Positions 50,808-61,916 of a DNA stretch of 61,916 nt are shown in pieces (the stretch's first letter is position 1; each line of letters begins with the position of its first letter). A program made the position numbers and the translations under genes. The stretch comes from Octopus bimaculoides (lineage: Eukaryota): the NCBI RefSeq assembly GCF_001194135.2, contig NC_068984.1, positions 122,273,759 to 122,335,674 on the forward strand. The letters run 5' to 3'. The notes under the pieces were generated by a model. The model saw only the letters and a program-made list of their open reading frames with translations. It was not told the origin of the DNA and searched no databases.

Positions 50808-52204
50808 NNNNNNNNNNNNNNNNNNNNNNNNNNNNNNNNNNNNNNNNNNNNNNNNNNNNNNNNNNNNNNNNNNNNNNNNNNNNNNNNNNNNNNNNNNNNN
50901 NNNNNNNNNNNNNNNNNNNNNNNNNNNNNNNNNNNNNNNNNNNNNNNNNNNNNNNNNNNNNNNNNNNNNNNNNNNNNNNNNNNNNNNNNNNNNNNNNNNN
51001 NNNNNNNNNNNNNNNNNNNNNNNNNNNNNNNNNNNNNNNNNNNNNNNNNNNNNNNNNNNNNNNNNNNNNNNNNNNNNNNNNNNNNTGTGTGTGTGTGTGT
51101 GTGTGTGTGTGTATGATTGATTTTACATTTCTGATCATTAGACTAGATATGAAGGTACTTCATATGTAGTCTGAGACTGGAAATATGGCATTTCAATAAA
51201 CAGGAAATAGGTGCAAGCTGTTACTGCCAGAAAAAATATTCTCTTCATCGTATTGAATGTTGTTTTACTTCTCTTGTCTGTATCTGGGTATTCTATGTAC
51301 AGCCATACATATGTCAGATTAAATAGGATTTAGAAATCTGAGCAGTTTCTTCGGTTGGCGCTCCAGCAAATGATGGCTAATGAACTATGTAGCAGTGAAC
51401 AGTTTTCCTCCATACAAACTGAAGTTCCATGGGATAATGTATTAGTTGTGAAGTATAATACTGTAAGCCTACATATATACACGCATACACACACATGTAT
51501 ATATTTGAAATTGTCAATATCATTGCGACTCAGAATAAATGTTATATACCCTTTTGGAATACATATCTCTCTCTCTCTCTCTCACTCACATACATACATA
51601 CATACATACATACACACACATGATGAAAATCTAACATGGAAATGTACAAATGTTATAACATGTCTGAAGTATTACATAAGCGTAATATCACACTGCCGAT
51701 ATACTGTGGTTTATTGCTATATAACATCATATATAATATAAATGTTTTAATGCTCACTTTATATTGTTCAAATAATAGACTACTTACAACATACTGAGAT
51801 ATTGCATAAATGTTTTACAGCATATGTTTATATTGTATTAATGTCACACATAATGTTGATATATTGTATAAATGTTACAGAACATGTTGATAAAGTGTGT
51901 ATGTATGTATGTGTATATATATAATTATATATATATATATATATATGTTATGCAACACAAAAATATTGTGTAAATGATATAATAAACAATAATATATTGT
52001 ATAAATGTTATATTGATATATGTATATATGATATCGATGTTATACAACACACCAATATATTGTATAAATGTTATACAACAGGCTAATATATTCTATAATG
52101 TTTTTTTACCACATCTCTATGCAATGCTGTACCTGTTTTTGGTATTTGTTTTTTATTCTCATGTCAATGATCTTATCAAAATATCAATATACTATATTTG
52201 AGAT

Positions 52205-52545
52205 CTATTAATATTTTTATGAGGATGTCAGTCTTCAGTTTGGTCCAGAAATTAGCTGAGTAGATGCTATCCCTGAGAGGTAGGGCAGTGACAGTAAACA
52301 CATACAGTAGCTCCATTATTTATTACTGCTTGACCATCATGTCTTGCCACAATATTCATATGGTCAGGCTGGACTGTCTACTTTTTCAGTTCTTGTTGAA
52401 GGAGTATGTTCTTGTGGTTAGGCAGTCCATCTGCTACGAACACCCACTGTGCAGGGAGCTCAGCATGCTGTGGCTTATGATGTGCAGTCATGTACTAAGG
52501 CTGCAGTATCTGCAGAGATCCTCGGATGGTGAGTGGTGAGGTGTT
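52205..52545 (+). mobile_element. Second, older Tx1-like LINE fragment
   Basis: ORF 52264-52539 (FLLKEYVLVVRQSICYEHPLCRELSMLWLMMCSHVLRLQYLQ) aligns to minus ORF 58297-58515 (FLWKGHVPVVRKSICCQHLLHGCLGVQSLMMHRYALRLTHLQ) within this window. Confidence 0.75.
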
Positions 52546-53729
52546 GTTACTATTTGTGTCTCACATTCTCTGAAGTTAGTCTCTTTGACAGTCAAGCAAA
52601 AAATCAAGATTAGGTCCCTGGTATCAGAAATATTGTCAGATGCTCCCAATTATTTGCCAGTCAGGCAACACAGCTGATGATATACCATAAGAATATGTCT
52701 ACAAAGTTATGTATATAGGTGTGTAGCCTAGTGGTTATTGTGTTGAGCTCATTATGATAAGGTTGTGGGTTTGATTCCTGAACCAGGCAGCACATTGTAT
52801 CCTTGAGCAAGGCACACCATCTTACATTGCTAAAGTCTACTCCTCATTTGAAAATGACTACCAGCTAACTGTTGGTGCAGCCCTGTCTCTTTCCAGCTGT
52901 CACATGTTCTCTTTCCAGCTGTCCATGTTCTGCTTGGTCAAGGGTGCTAGGGCTGAGAGGGTGTCTGTATCTGCTTGCAACTACATTGGAACCTAAAACA
53001 ATTAGCAAAAGCGTTAATATAATTAATGCAGGAAACATTAAAAAGTAACTAGAAATAAATAAATATTGATAGTTATAAGTAAAGAGACTAAAGCTTTATA
53101 AATAAAAATGTTTTTAGTTTATATTTAGTTTGATAAATTAAAGATAATATTAATGAAATTTTATAGAGGATTTATATTAAGCTAGATTTCCCCAAATATT
53201 CATATTACCCAAAACTCCTTTACTGAAGTTTATACCTCACCCTCAATGGTTATAATATATACTTATATATATATTTTTTAACATTCTCATTTTGGGAGTT
53301 CTTTTACTACTTTGGAAAACTGAAAATTTTTTAAAAAATCAGAAACAGTCTGCTGTGTCTTAGACATTCAACTGGGCTGTCTCATTCCAAATTAGAAAAG
53401 TTATGGACCATTTTTTCCTCATTTAAAAAAAAAAAGGTACAAAACTCTACTACATGTCAAAATTAATGATGCTAACATTAAATAAAATATGTCAGAAGCT
53501 TTTTTCCTTTATTTATATAATTTCCTTTTCAAATCTGTGGCAATTTCTTTAACTAAATCCAAGCATGTTTTATTTCAGGCTTGGTTTTTGTTTAATAAGA
53601 GATTCAAATGCTTGAAGCATTGTCTTATGGCAGGATTCCCTTTCAATCAGTAATTACATAGGCTTTTACCAGAGCTTGGTCCATATTATATGACATATAT
53701 ATGTATATATATTTTTGTTTTTCATTTAA

Positions 53730-53939
53730 CCCTTTAATGTTTAGATTACCCTGTCAAATGTAATACTTATTTATTCATATTATTTTGAATTGATCATGCA
53801 TTCTCTCATAGCTTCAAGATTTTGATATGATGGTTTATTTTTTAGAATGACTTTGTAGGGTAGCTATGAGATGCCAGATTTGAATATAAAACAGCTAGAA
53901 TATTTTGGGTCAGATATGGCTGGTTTAAATGCTAAAGGG
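53730..53939 (-). mobile_element. TTAA piggyBac-type MITE, copy 5
   Basis: TTAA|CCCTTTAATGTT...GGTTTAAATGCTAAAGGG|TTAA. Confidence 0.85.
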
Positions 53940-54546
53940 TTAAACATGCTATTAAACATAAAATTTATTAGTTGCATTTAGAGCCTTTTCTTACCAATAT
54001 GGTATATCAAAATCACCCATTTCTTTGCGTGTAGGTGAAAAAACTCAGACTAGATTGTTTATTGTAATTATTTATTTTTTTGCTTGTTTACCTAATCAAT
54101 ATAATTAACATTAACTACAGATAATTTCATTACAATTGGGACTCAGGCCAAAATTGTTTTCTCTTTCTTGCTAATTTCAGCTATCTCTGATATTTCAAAT
54201 GTCAAAAATTTATAAAATGTGTAAAATATGTTTTGTAAATAAACTATTTTCAGTTTTATCATCAAAATTTGTTTATTTGCTTTACAACATGTTTCCCATG
54301 AAATTACTAGTCTGCAAAAATAACAAAAGTTTCAGATACCTATTTTATTATACTCAGTCCCATATTAGCCCTGATCAAGCATACTTATTGTCAGATTTTT
54401 CACTGGTGGCAATTTTGTCTTTATTCAGACATAGTATATCAACATTATCCAATGTTGATATACTATCCTTTATTTTAAAATGGTAGACCCTTATTTGACT
54501 ACTTTTCTACCTTATCTCTATCTCCTATTCCACCATCTCATACATA

Positions 54547-55030
54547 CAGGGTGTGGTGAATAAATTGTTGTCTAAATTACACAAAAATGAAAAGAACACT
54601 GATATCTCATTTTAACAGATATAGTTACCAAAACTGCATAAAAATATCTTGAAATACTAAAGAGTAAATTCACTCAATAAAATCGCCATTGGCTTCAACC
54701 ATGGTCTCCAGACGACTTCGAAATCTCCTGCAACTCTTCTGGACTGTCTCCTTGTTTAAGTTAGTGAATGCTGCCATAATCCTTGCCTTTAGTTCATCTT
54801 TGTTGGTTTCTTGCTTGACTGCACCCCACAAGGATGCAGTCCGGAGAGTTAGGTGACCAGATGTTAGGGGTGATGTGGTTGCAGAAATTGTCTGACAGCC
54901 ATGACTGGGTTCTGCTTGTGTGGCATGGTGCAGAGTCCTGTTGCCAGACATAAGGTATTCCAGCAGCCACTCTCTTAACCCAGGGCAGCACTACCTCTTC
55001 CAAGCACTTGAAAAGGAGAGCCTCAGTCAA
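54547..55030 (-). mobile_element. Tc1/mariner DD37D (maT/Bmmar1-like) transposase 3' fragment with one TIR
   Basis: TA|CAGGGTG terminus. Minus frames read YVWQQDSAPCHTSRTQSWLSDNF..W.PNSPDC and WGAV..DELKARIMAAF..VEANGDFIE; frameshifted and deleted around the third Asp. Confidence 0.8.
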
Positions 55031-55469
55031 TTGAAGTAACCTTTTTTCAAATCTGTGAAAGACAGGTCTGCAATTTCTTGTTGAGCAACCTACATATGAT
55101 TTGTTTATAGTGACCAAATGATTGTGCCACATATAAGCTCACTCTCTCTATCAAATCATATAGAGGGAGTGAGTTTATATGCTTCGCAATTATATCAAAG
55201 ACATTATCTGTACAGGTGCACTGTGCACTATATGTCAATTGTCAAAGTGATTACTGAGCAATGTGATATCAAGTGTTTTGCTCAAGAACATAACACACTG
55301 CCTGGTTCAGGATTCAAACTCACAATCTCTCCATCATGAGTGCAACGTCCTAATCACTTGACCATGTACTCTCACTATGCTATTGGTGTTTATGTTATAT
55401 GCACAATTCTGTATGACATTTTTGTCAGGTACTTGACCACTACTATTACTGCCCTATCTCCTATCACCA

Positions 55470-55890
55470 GATCACTCTCCTTCTAAGCTATTTTCTTCTG
55501 CTACTCTACCATGTTCTACCATGAGATAACTCTTCTATTGCTCTTTCATTATCTTCAGCCTTCAGATTAATTTATTTTTGTCACTCCACCATCTCTCGTC
55601 TTCAAATAATTCCCTTTACATGTCACTCTATCACCCTTTGTTTTCATTGAACACTACTTATGTTACTTCACCATTTTCTATCTGCAAATAACTCTCTTCT
55701 GTTATTCTCCATTAACTCCTACCTCTGTCAAATTCTTCATCTATCACTCCACCACCTCCTGTCTTGAAATAACTGCTCATCTGTCATTCCACTATCTTCT
55801 GTCTTCAGACAATTTTTCTTTTGTTACTCCACCCTCTTCTAATTTTCCAATTAACTCCCCTCCCTTATTCCACTCCAGCTTCATCTTCTG
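55470..55890. repeat. Pyrimidine-rich degenerate minisatellite, core TCACTCCACC...AAATAACT...CTG (unit about 40 bp)
   Basis: About ten diverged units by inspection. Confidence 0.6.
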
Positions 55891-56869
55891 CTCGTTACAT
55901 AATATTTACAGACAAGATTAAGATAAATAAACATGATAAGTAATTCAGTCACTAATGAAAGAGGTTCCATTCACATTTGATAGTTAAGAGCACTAATGTA
56001 TAACAAGCTCACAGAACAACTTGTTACTCTGTGAGGTTAGCAAGTATAAGACAATCTTGTTATCATGACAGGCTGTCAATTATAAAACAACTGCCCAATT
56101 CAAGAAAAGACTTGGGTGTTTCTATAAAACCACGCATCATCAAGAAACTTAACAGTCAAAGCTCAATGATTAATTGAAAAACAGAAAAATAATAACAAAA
56201 TTTAGAATAGTTATAAGCACTTAATTTATATGCTTGAATCATTAATTAGTATTCTGAGTTCAAATTCCACAGAGGTTGACTTTGCCCTTCACCCCTTTGG
56301 GGTGTATGTAATTGACTTGCCCCCCCCCCCCTAAACTGCTAGCCTTGTGCCAAAATTTGAAACCATTGTTATTAATATTATAATTATTATTGTTATTACG
56401 GCAGCAAGCTGGCAGAGTTGTTAGAACATCAGGTTAAATGCTTAGCAGTATTTCATCCATCTGCACAATCTGAGTTCAAATTCAGCCGAGGTCGATTTTG
56501 CCATTTTTGGGGGTTGTTAAGTACCAGTGAAACACTAGGGTCGATTTTGCCATTTTTGGGGGTTGTTAAGTTAAGTACCAGTGAAACACTAGGGTCGATG
56601 TTATAGACTTGTCCCCTCCTTACAAATTTCAGGCCTTGTGCCTTTAGTAGAAAGAATTATTATTATTATTAAGGCAGTAAGCTGACAGAATAATTAACGC
56701 TTAGCGGCAGTTTGTTTGTCTTAGCATCCTGAATTCAAATTCCACCAAGTTTGACTTTGCCTTCATCCTTTCAGGGTCAATAAAATAAGGACCAATTGAG
56801 CACTGGAGTCAATGTCTGGCCTTGTGCCAAAATTTGAAATCATCATTATTATCAAAGTTGTTGTGATCG

Positions 56870-56903
<34 letters not shown>

Positions 56904-57529
56904 TATCATTTATTAGTCATTGTCTGAAAGATCTCAGACAATAAATTATAAATAATAATTAATAATTCCTTCATTTAAATACCTAAACAAAAAGTTTCCT
57001 GACACCAAAACGAATTCAGTACATGTTGGGGAAAAAATACATTCATAAAAAACTCTGGATTAACAAATACTGTGTGAGAACATTCTAACAATATTTACAT
57101 TGTAATAATAATGACAATGGTTTCAAATTTTGGCTCAAGGCCAGGAATTTCAAGGAAGTTGGTAAATCGATTAAATCAACCCCAGTGCTCAACTGGTACT
57201 TATTTTATGGACCTCAAAAGGATGAAGGGCAAAGTCAATTTTAGGAGAATTTGAGCTCAGAATGTAAAGATGGACAAAATGCTGCTAAGCATTTTGCTTG
57301 GCATGCTAACAAGTCAGCCAGCTTGGTGCCTTGATAATGATAATAATAATAATAATAATAATAAATAAGGACCTTGTGTAAAGTTACTGTATGTCTGAGG
57401 TCCTTGTTGTGACTTGGTAGACTATACAATTCCTCGGTACACAATATCTTCAATCTGCAACATCACAATATTGGATACTGTGCTACATCTATAATAATAA
57501 TAATTATTATAATAATAATGATGATGATG

Positions 57530-59300
57530 ATGGTTTCTTTTATCGGCCACAAGGACCAAAGACATGGAAGACAATATCAAAGGTAGGGTTTACATCAAAG
57601 ATGGGGATACAATTTAACAATAAGGATATAACAAAAGGATATAAAAAATAGATATAAGAAAAATAAATAATTAATAAAGAGAATCCCCAATAGCAGATTA
57701 GTCCACTTATGGTAATTTGGGGAAAACTCCACACAAAAGTCCTGGATTACTCTGCTATCTCCAGTTTCTTTCTTCCTATTCAGCCTCATCAGCCTTGTCA
57801 CTCTCATCCACCTTTCAATAAACACACTAGAAGGCAACACCTCCCTTTCTGTCCTAACTTTCCTCTTCAAATTATATTTGAAGAAAATGATGAGAGCTTG
57901 GCCAGATAGGAAGGTACCTGACTTCAAATCTTTTAATCAGGTCCACCACACAGCCTCTTTTGCTACAACCATTAAGCTGCAGGTGCATCCATGCATGAAG
58001 AGTATGTCTCTGCCAAAGACTTTTAGAAGTTGTTCATGATGCTCGACCTGAGTCCGCTGGAAGAAACTACTCAGACTCTTCTTGTCGATGCCCAGAGTCA
58101 ATTCTTGGCCATCGTCGCTCACACTCTCAACTAATCCCCTATAGAAATCTTGAGTTTTTTCCTACTAACAGCTTTGTCCAGTTGGTACAATGCTGTGAGT
58201 GCTTAGCAACATCCCACATGCCTGCCAGACGCTCAATTTTGGTCTACGCTCGACCCATGACTGCAGCTCTGTCAAGATGAGCTGTGGAAAGACGTGTCAT
58301 ACGAAGAATGCCCAAAGTAGTTCGCTCTTGTTTTTGTCATCGTTGTTGACACCATCGCAGTGATTTAGATATATCTGCAGGTGCGTCAGCCTTAGTGCAT
58401 AGCGATGCATCATCAAAGATTGCACACCAAGGCAACCATGGAGTAGATGTTGACAGCAGATTGATTTTCTGACCACTGGAACATGACCCTTCCACAAGAA
58501 TGGAAAAAAGCACACGCTCCAATCTGGTCAGAGCTTTCTTGGACATCCAGGTTACTTCTGTCCAGCCTCTCAGCCTATTTCTGTGTGAGATTGGCCACCC
58601 TGATCATAACCTCTTCCCAGTTATTGTCTACTAGGAGATCTGGTCCGTACCAGACTCTGATCACTTTCACTGGACTTTCCGTCCATTGACAGAAATCGCC
58701 GATAGTCAACATGGACTTGCTTCTCTAAGAGCCAAGCTGCAAACTCATCGGTTTGTCCTGGTTTATGTGTGCTCCTGATATTCGTTCAGTATAGTATGGA
58801 CTGTTTATATATCTTAAATGTCCGACACCATAACAGTGACGTCGCCCGCGTATGCAGACATGGCTCTCCAATGACCTAGTTTCAGCGGTAATCTTAATCT
58901 TAACTCTCCAGCCCCCGCAGCAAAGATTCTAGTGTCAAACATAAAAGTGGGGAGTGGAGTCGTTCTTGGCGGACTGAGCGTTCAATACTGAAAGGTTTCA
59001 AGGGATGACCATTTAATTTAACCACCGAGCAGATGCCACTGTACATTATGGTGATCCAGCCTGAGAAGATGGCACCGAAACCGATAGCTTGTAGGACAGC
59101 AATCTGATAGCGATGGTCCACCTTGTCATATGATGGGGGTTATCTTGGATAGGCCTACCAAGGATCGCACAGGTTTGCATGTCCCCAACTACACTACCGA
59201 CAACAAGCGAGTACCTTAGCCAAAATCTTTTACTCAGTGTTGAGAAGAGTTATGGGCCAGAAATTTGTAATCACGACCCCTTGTTCGGATCCTTCCTGAG
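57530..59300 (-). mobile_element. 5'-truncated L1/Tx1-like LINE: degraded RT, C-terminus and 3' end
   Basis: Minus-strand fragments NF(W)PITLLNTE*KILAKVLA, AYDKVDHRY, VKLNGHPLKPFSIERSVRQ..SPLL, AYADDV, FLWKGHVPVVRKSICCQH and GQALIIFFKYNLKRKVR; 3' end runs into (CAT)n/(ATT)n. Confidence 0.85.
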
Positions 59301-59650
59301 CTTCCAGTCTGGTACAATTTCTTGGAGTACACAGCAATGCCGGAGTTTTTGTAGTCTAGGATGTAAATTCATCAAACCCAGGCCAGCTGACTTCCGATTT
59401 CTCATCTTATCAACTCTTACTTTTATGTCTTCCAACGTGATGGAAATGTCCTCTTGTATTTCCATATCATTGAATTCTTCTTCCAGAGTGCCCTATTATT
59501 GTGCTGGACCAGATCTTGCTCCAAAACGAAGTTGCTTCCATGGGATCAGGTTAAGTCTGTTTCTTTCCTATCTCCTGGCTAAGGAGGTTGAGAGTTTAGA
59601 GGCTCTGTTTGAGAATGAATTCGAGTGAGCCTGGCAGCGTCGTTTGATAT
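59301..59650 (-). mobile_element. R4/Dong-like (RLE-type) LINE fragment, pre-RT region
   Basis: PDPMEATSFWSKIWS...QEDISITLEDIKVRVDKMRNRKSAG..LHPRL..VPDW matches recalled R4/Dong-type motifs (FWxxIW; ITxEDV..MxNWKxPG; LHxR; VPxW). Confidence 0.65.
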
Positions 59651-61400
59651 TAGCGTGCAGCCGAAGTAGATCCTAGCCTTCGGTATTTATAAACATCGTT
59701 ATAACATAAACAAAATTCATCTAATGAACATAGTTGGGAGACCCGATAATTACAGGTTCTCCCACAAGCGGTGGGCTTAGAATCAATCCCTTTTCTATGC
59801 TGATTCATACGATCAGTTATTCTCAAGATGAGACGGGAGGTGTTAACGTTACTAGTAAGAGGTTGGGACACACACACACACACGCACACACGTATACAAA
59901 TGGAACTTTTACAGTTTCGTCCCCTGGTGTGCACGTCACTTGATAAATTCAAATTTCTTATTTCTTATATTAGCATAAGCATGTAAATGCTATAGTTAAT
60001 CAACTCGATATATAGTCAAAACTTATTTTTACAAATTTCAAAATGAAAGGCAAAATCAAATTTCCAGAATTTTTTTTTCTATAGCGATAACAGGGGAGAT
60101 AACTGAGTATAGCAAGTTACTTTAGCTGGCTTGTTAAGGTTTCTGTCATTGATTGGCTTGAGAAGTTTTGCGAAGATAATATTTTCGACACACACATTTC
60201 CAATATTTTGAAAGAAGGTTTTAATAATAAAATTACGTTATAAATCATGAGTCTTCTAATCATTATAAATAGTCATCATCTCATGAAATCTTGGATGAGA
60301 ATTGTTACAAGTTGTCTCCCTTTGACTAAATATTTATGTTGCAACCATCCGCTCGACTTGTTGGCTTTCATGTTACATGTATGGGAACGATTAATTGGTG
60401 TTCAGATAAAATACAGATCATTATTTTCACTGAGAAAGTTAATATCATAAAAATTAAAGAAAAGCCAAATGCTGCACTGTCTCACTAGCCAATACGTTTA
60501 GCTTACATGTAGGTAATAGCAGGTAGATTGTAAACATAAAATTTAATGTTGGTATTTGATAACGAATTCTCTTCTGAGTAGCATGCTTTATTTTGTAAAC
60601 TTTATTAAACTGATTTTTGTAAGTTTAGATGCTTCTTGAACATTCATGTTAGTTACACCGCTCCGCAGCTATTCTTGAACCAAAACTGAGGGTGGTTACG
60701 GAATGTGCTGCACGAGGATGCGGTAGACAGACGGATGGAGAATCGGTTGGCTGGCTGGCTGGCTAGACGTATGAATTGGCAGACAGACAGACAGATAGAT
60801 AGATCTTTGTAAGCTAAGTCGATCTAATACTTCCCCAGCAGCACGAAGGCAGAGGATAATGACTAATTATTTTTAATTTCAATTCCCCGACAACGAAGAA
60901 CATTCGAAACACTAACCTCACGTTCATCTCATGTTGCAAACTACATGTAGTAGGAGACAACGAAGGCGGTTCCTTAACCAGTTTCAAATAGCAGTCAAAT
61001 ATATCCGGAATCACAGTCTAGTGTTTTTTTTTTTAAAGGACACATTGAATAATGTAGGGATCTTGTTTAAAACGGGGGCACCAGTATTTTCTTAACGAAA
61101 CACTAACGAAACACTTTGAAACTTGGGACACTGGTAGAATGTGTCATATAAAACATCTTTTACTCTTAGTCTTAAAACATAAATGAAAACTGGTGCCCCC
61201 GTTTTGAACAAGATCCTAATGTAGTTCTAGATATAATAAATCTGAAAGAAAAGACGGGAGGAAAAGGACGTTCGCGGTAGGAACACCTTTGACCATACAT
61301 CTGCTTGGTCGGGACTGACCTGTGGTTAAACAACAACAACGACAAACAGCAGTATCGCTGGTACTTGCTTTATCTATTTCAAATGGATGAGAGGCAAAAT
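59650..61400. promoter_or_regulatory. Second CpG-richer region, possibly the promoter or first exon of a neighbouring gene
   Basis: Frequent CG and fewer old SINEs; a minus-strand donor-like GAAC|gtgagg at about 60921. No coding homology recognised. Confidence 0.3.
61058..61216. mobile_element. 159-bp MITE with 28-bp TIRs and an 8-bp TSD (GG termini, Merlin-like)
   Basis: TIR GGATCTTGTT(T/C)AAAACGGGGGCACCAGT; perfect TAATGTAG duplication at 61050-61057 and 61217-61224. Confidence 0.88.
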
Positions 61401-61916
61401 CGACTCGCGTGATTTGAACCCCAGAAGTAAAGGAACGTAAAATGAAAGGCATTGAGTTCAGCATACAACCGTTTCTGTCATCCATCACCCTTTAGAATAT
61501 TAGTTTAGCCCTCTCATCCACTCTAAACGGAAACAGATGGTCTTCAATTCCGGGTGGTGCCTAATTTTTATTTGGTTAAATGTAGAAATGAGTACAGTTA
61601 ATTACTGGTACATATTTTATCTATCCACCTCCTTTCTACTATAGGCACAAGGCCTGAAATATTGGGGGTAGGGGCTAGTCGACTGTATCAACCCCAGTGC
61701 TCAACTGATACTTATTTTATCGAGTCCGAAAAGATGAAAGCAACGTCGACCTTGGCGGAATTTGAACTCAGAATGTAAAACCGGAAGAAATACATTCTTG
61801 TCCGAAGTGCTAACGCTTCTCCAAGTTTGCCGAGAATCTCCCATCAAGAAGTGAAAAAATAAAGAAAAATTTTGGAGAACTATAGTTGATCGAACCAAGA
61901 CCAGAGAAAAGGCTGA

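Noticed and set aside
56490-56600. Tandem duplication of about 50 bp
   Set aside because: Local slippage inside a SINE-C copy; no sign of function.
59179-59628. 149-aa plus-strand ORF
   Set aside because: Antisense shadow of the LINE fragments.

Overview
AT-rich, microsatellite- and SINE-dense eukaryotic DNA with five assembly gaps. The repeat landscape looks like an octopus (coleoid cephalopod) scaffold; this is inferred from recalled repeat families, not from a search. Main content: (1) the last coding exons (3263-3339 and 5022-5895, +) of a probable WNK-family kinase, followed by a TE-free stretch that may be a long 3'UTR; (2) a complete ATG7 gene (+, ATG 23090 to TAA 47385), which I rebuilt by hand as 19 coding exons, all GT-AG and phase-consistent, 2070 nt / 689 aa, with GAGTLG, CYFC, CTAC and the catalytic QQCTV cysteine (model C552); (3) many transposon remnants: a TIR-complete dead mariner, a maT/DD37D-like fragment, Tx1/L1-, R4/Dong- and RTE-like LINE fragments, TTAA (piggyBac-type) MITEs, two MITEs with GG termini and 8-bp TSDs (Merlin-like), two fold-back elements and four SINE-like families. 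I see no clearly new gene system. The best leads are a LINE junction where an R4/Dong-type RT switches to a Tx1-type RT at the homologous KDPxKG motif, two Merlin-like MITEs nested in the same host repeat, a fold-back element holding a tRNA-like unit, inverted repeats that could make dsRNA next to ATG7 exons, and a Gly (GGC) where ATG7 normally has Asp in (S/A)VDLNLKLM. Most other ORFs in the track are microsatellite, gap or antisense artefacts. Repeat boundaries without a TSD are approximate.
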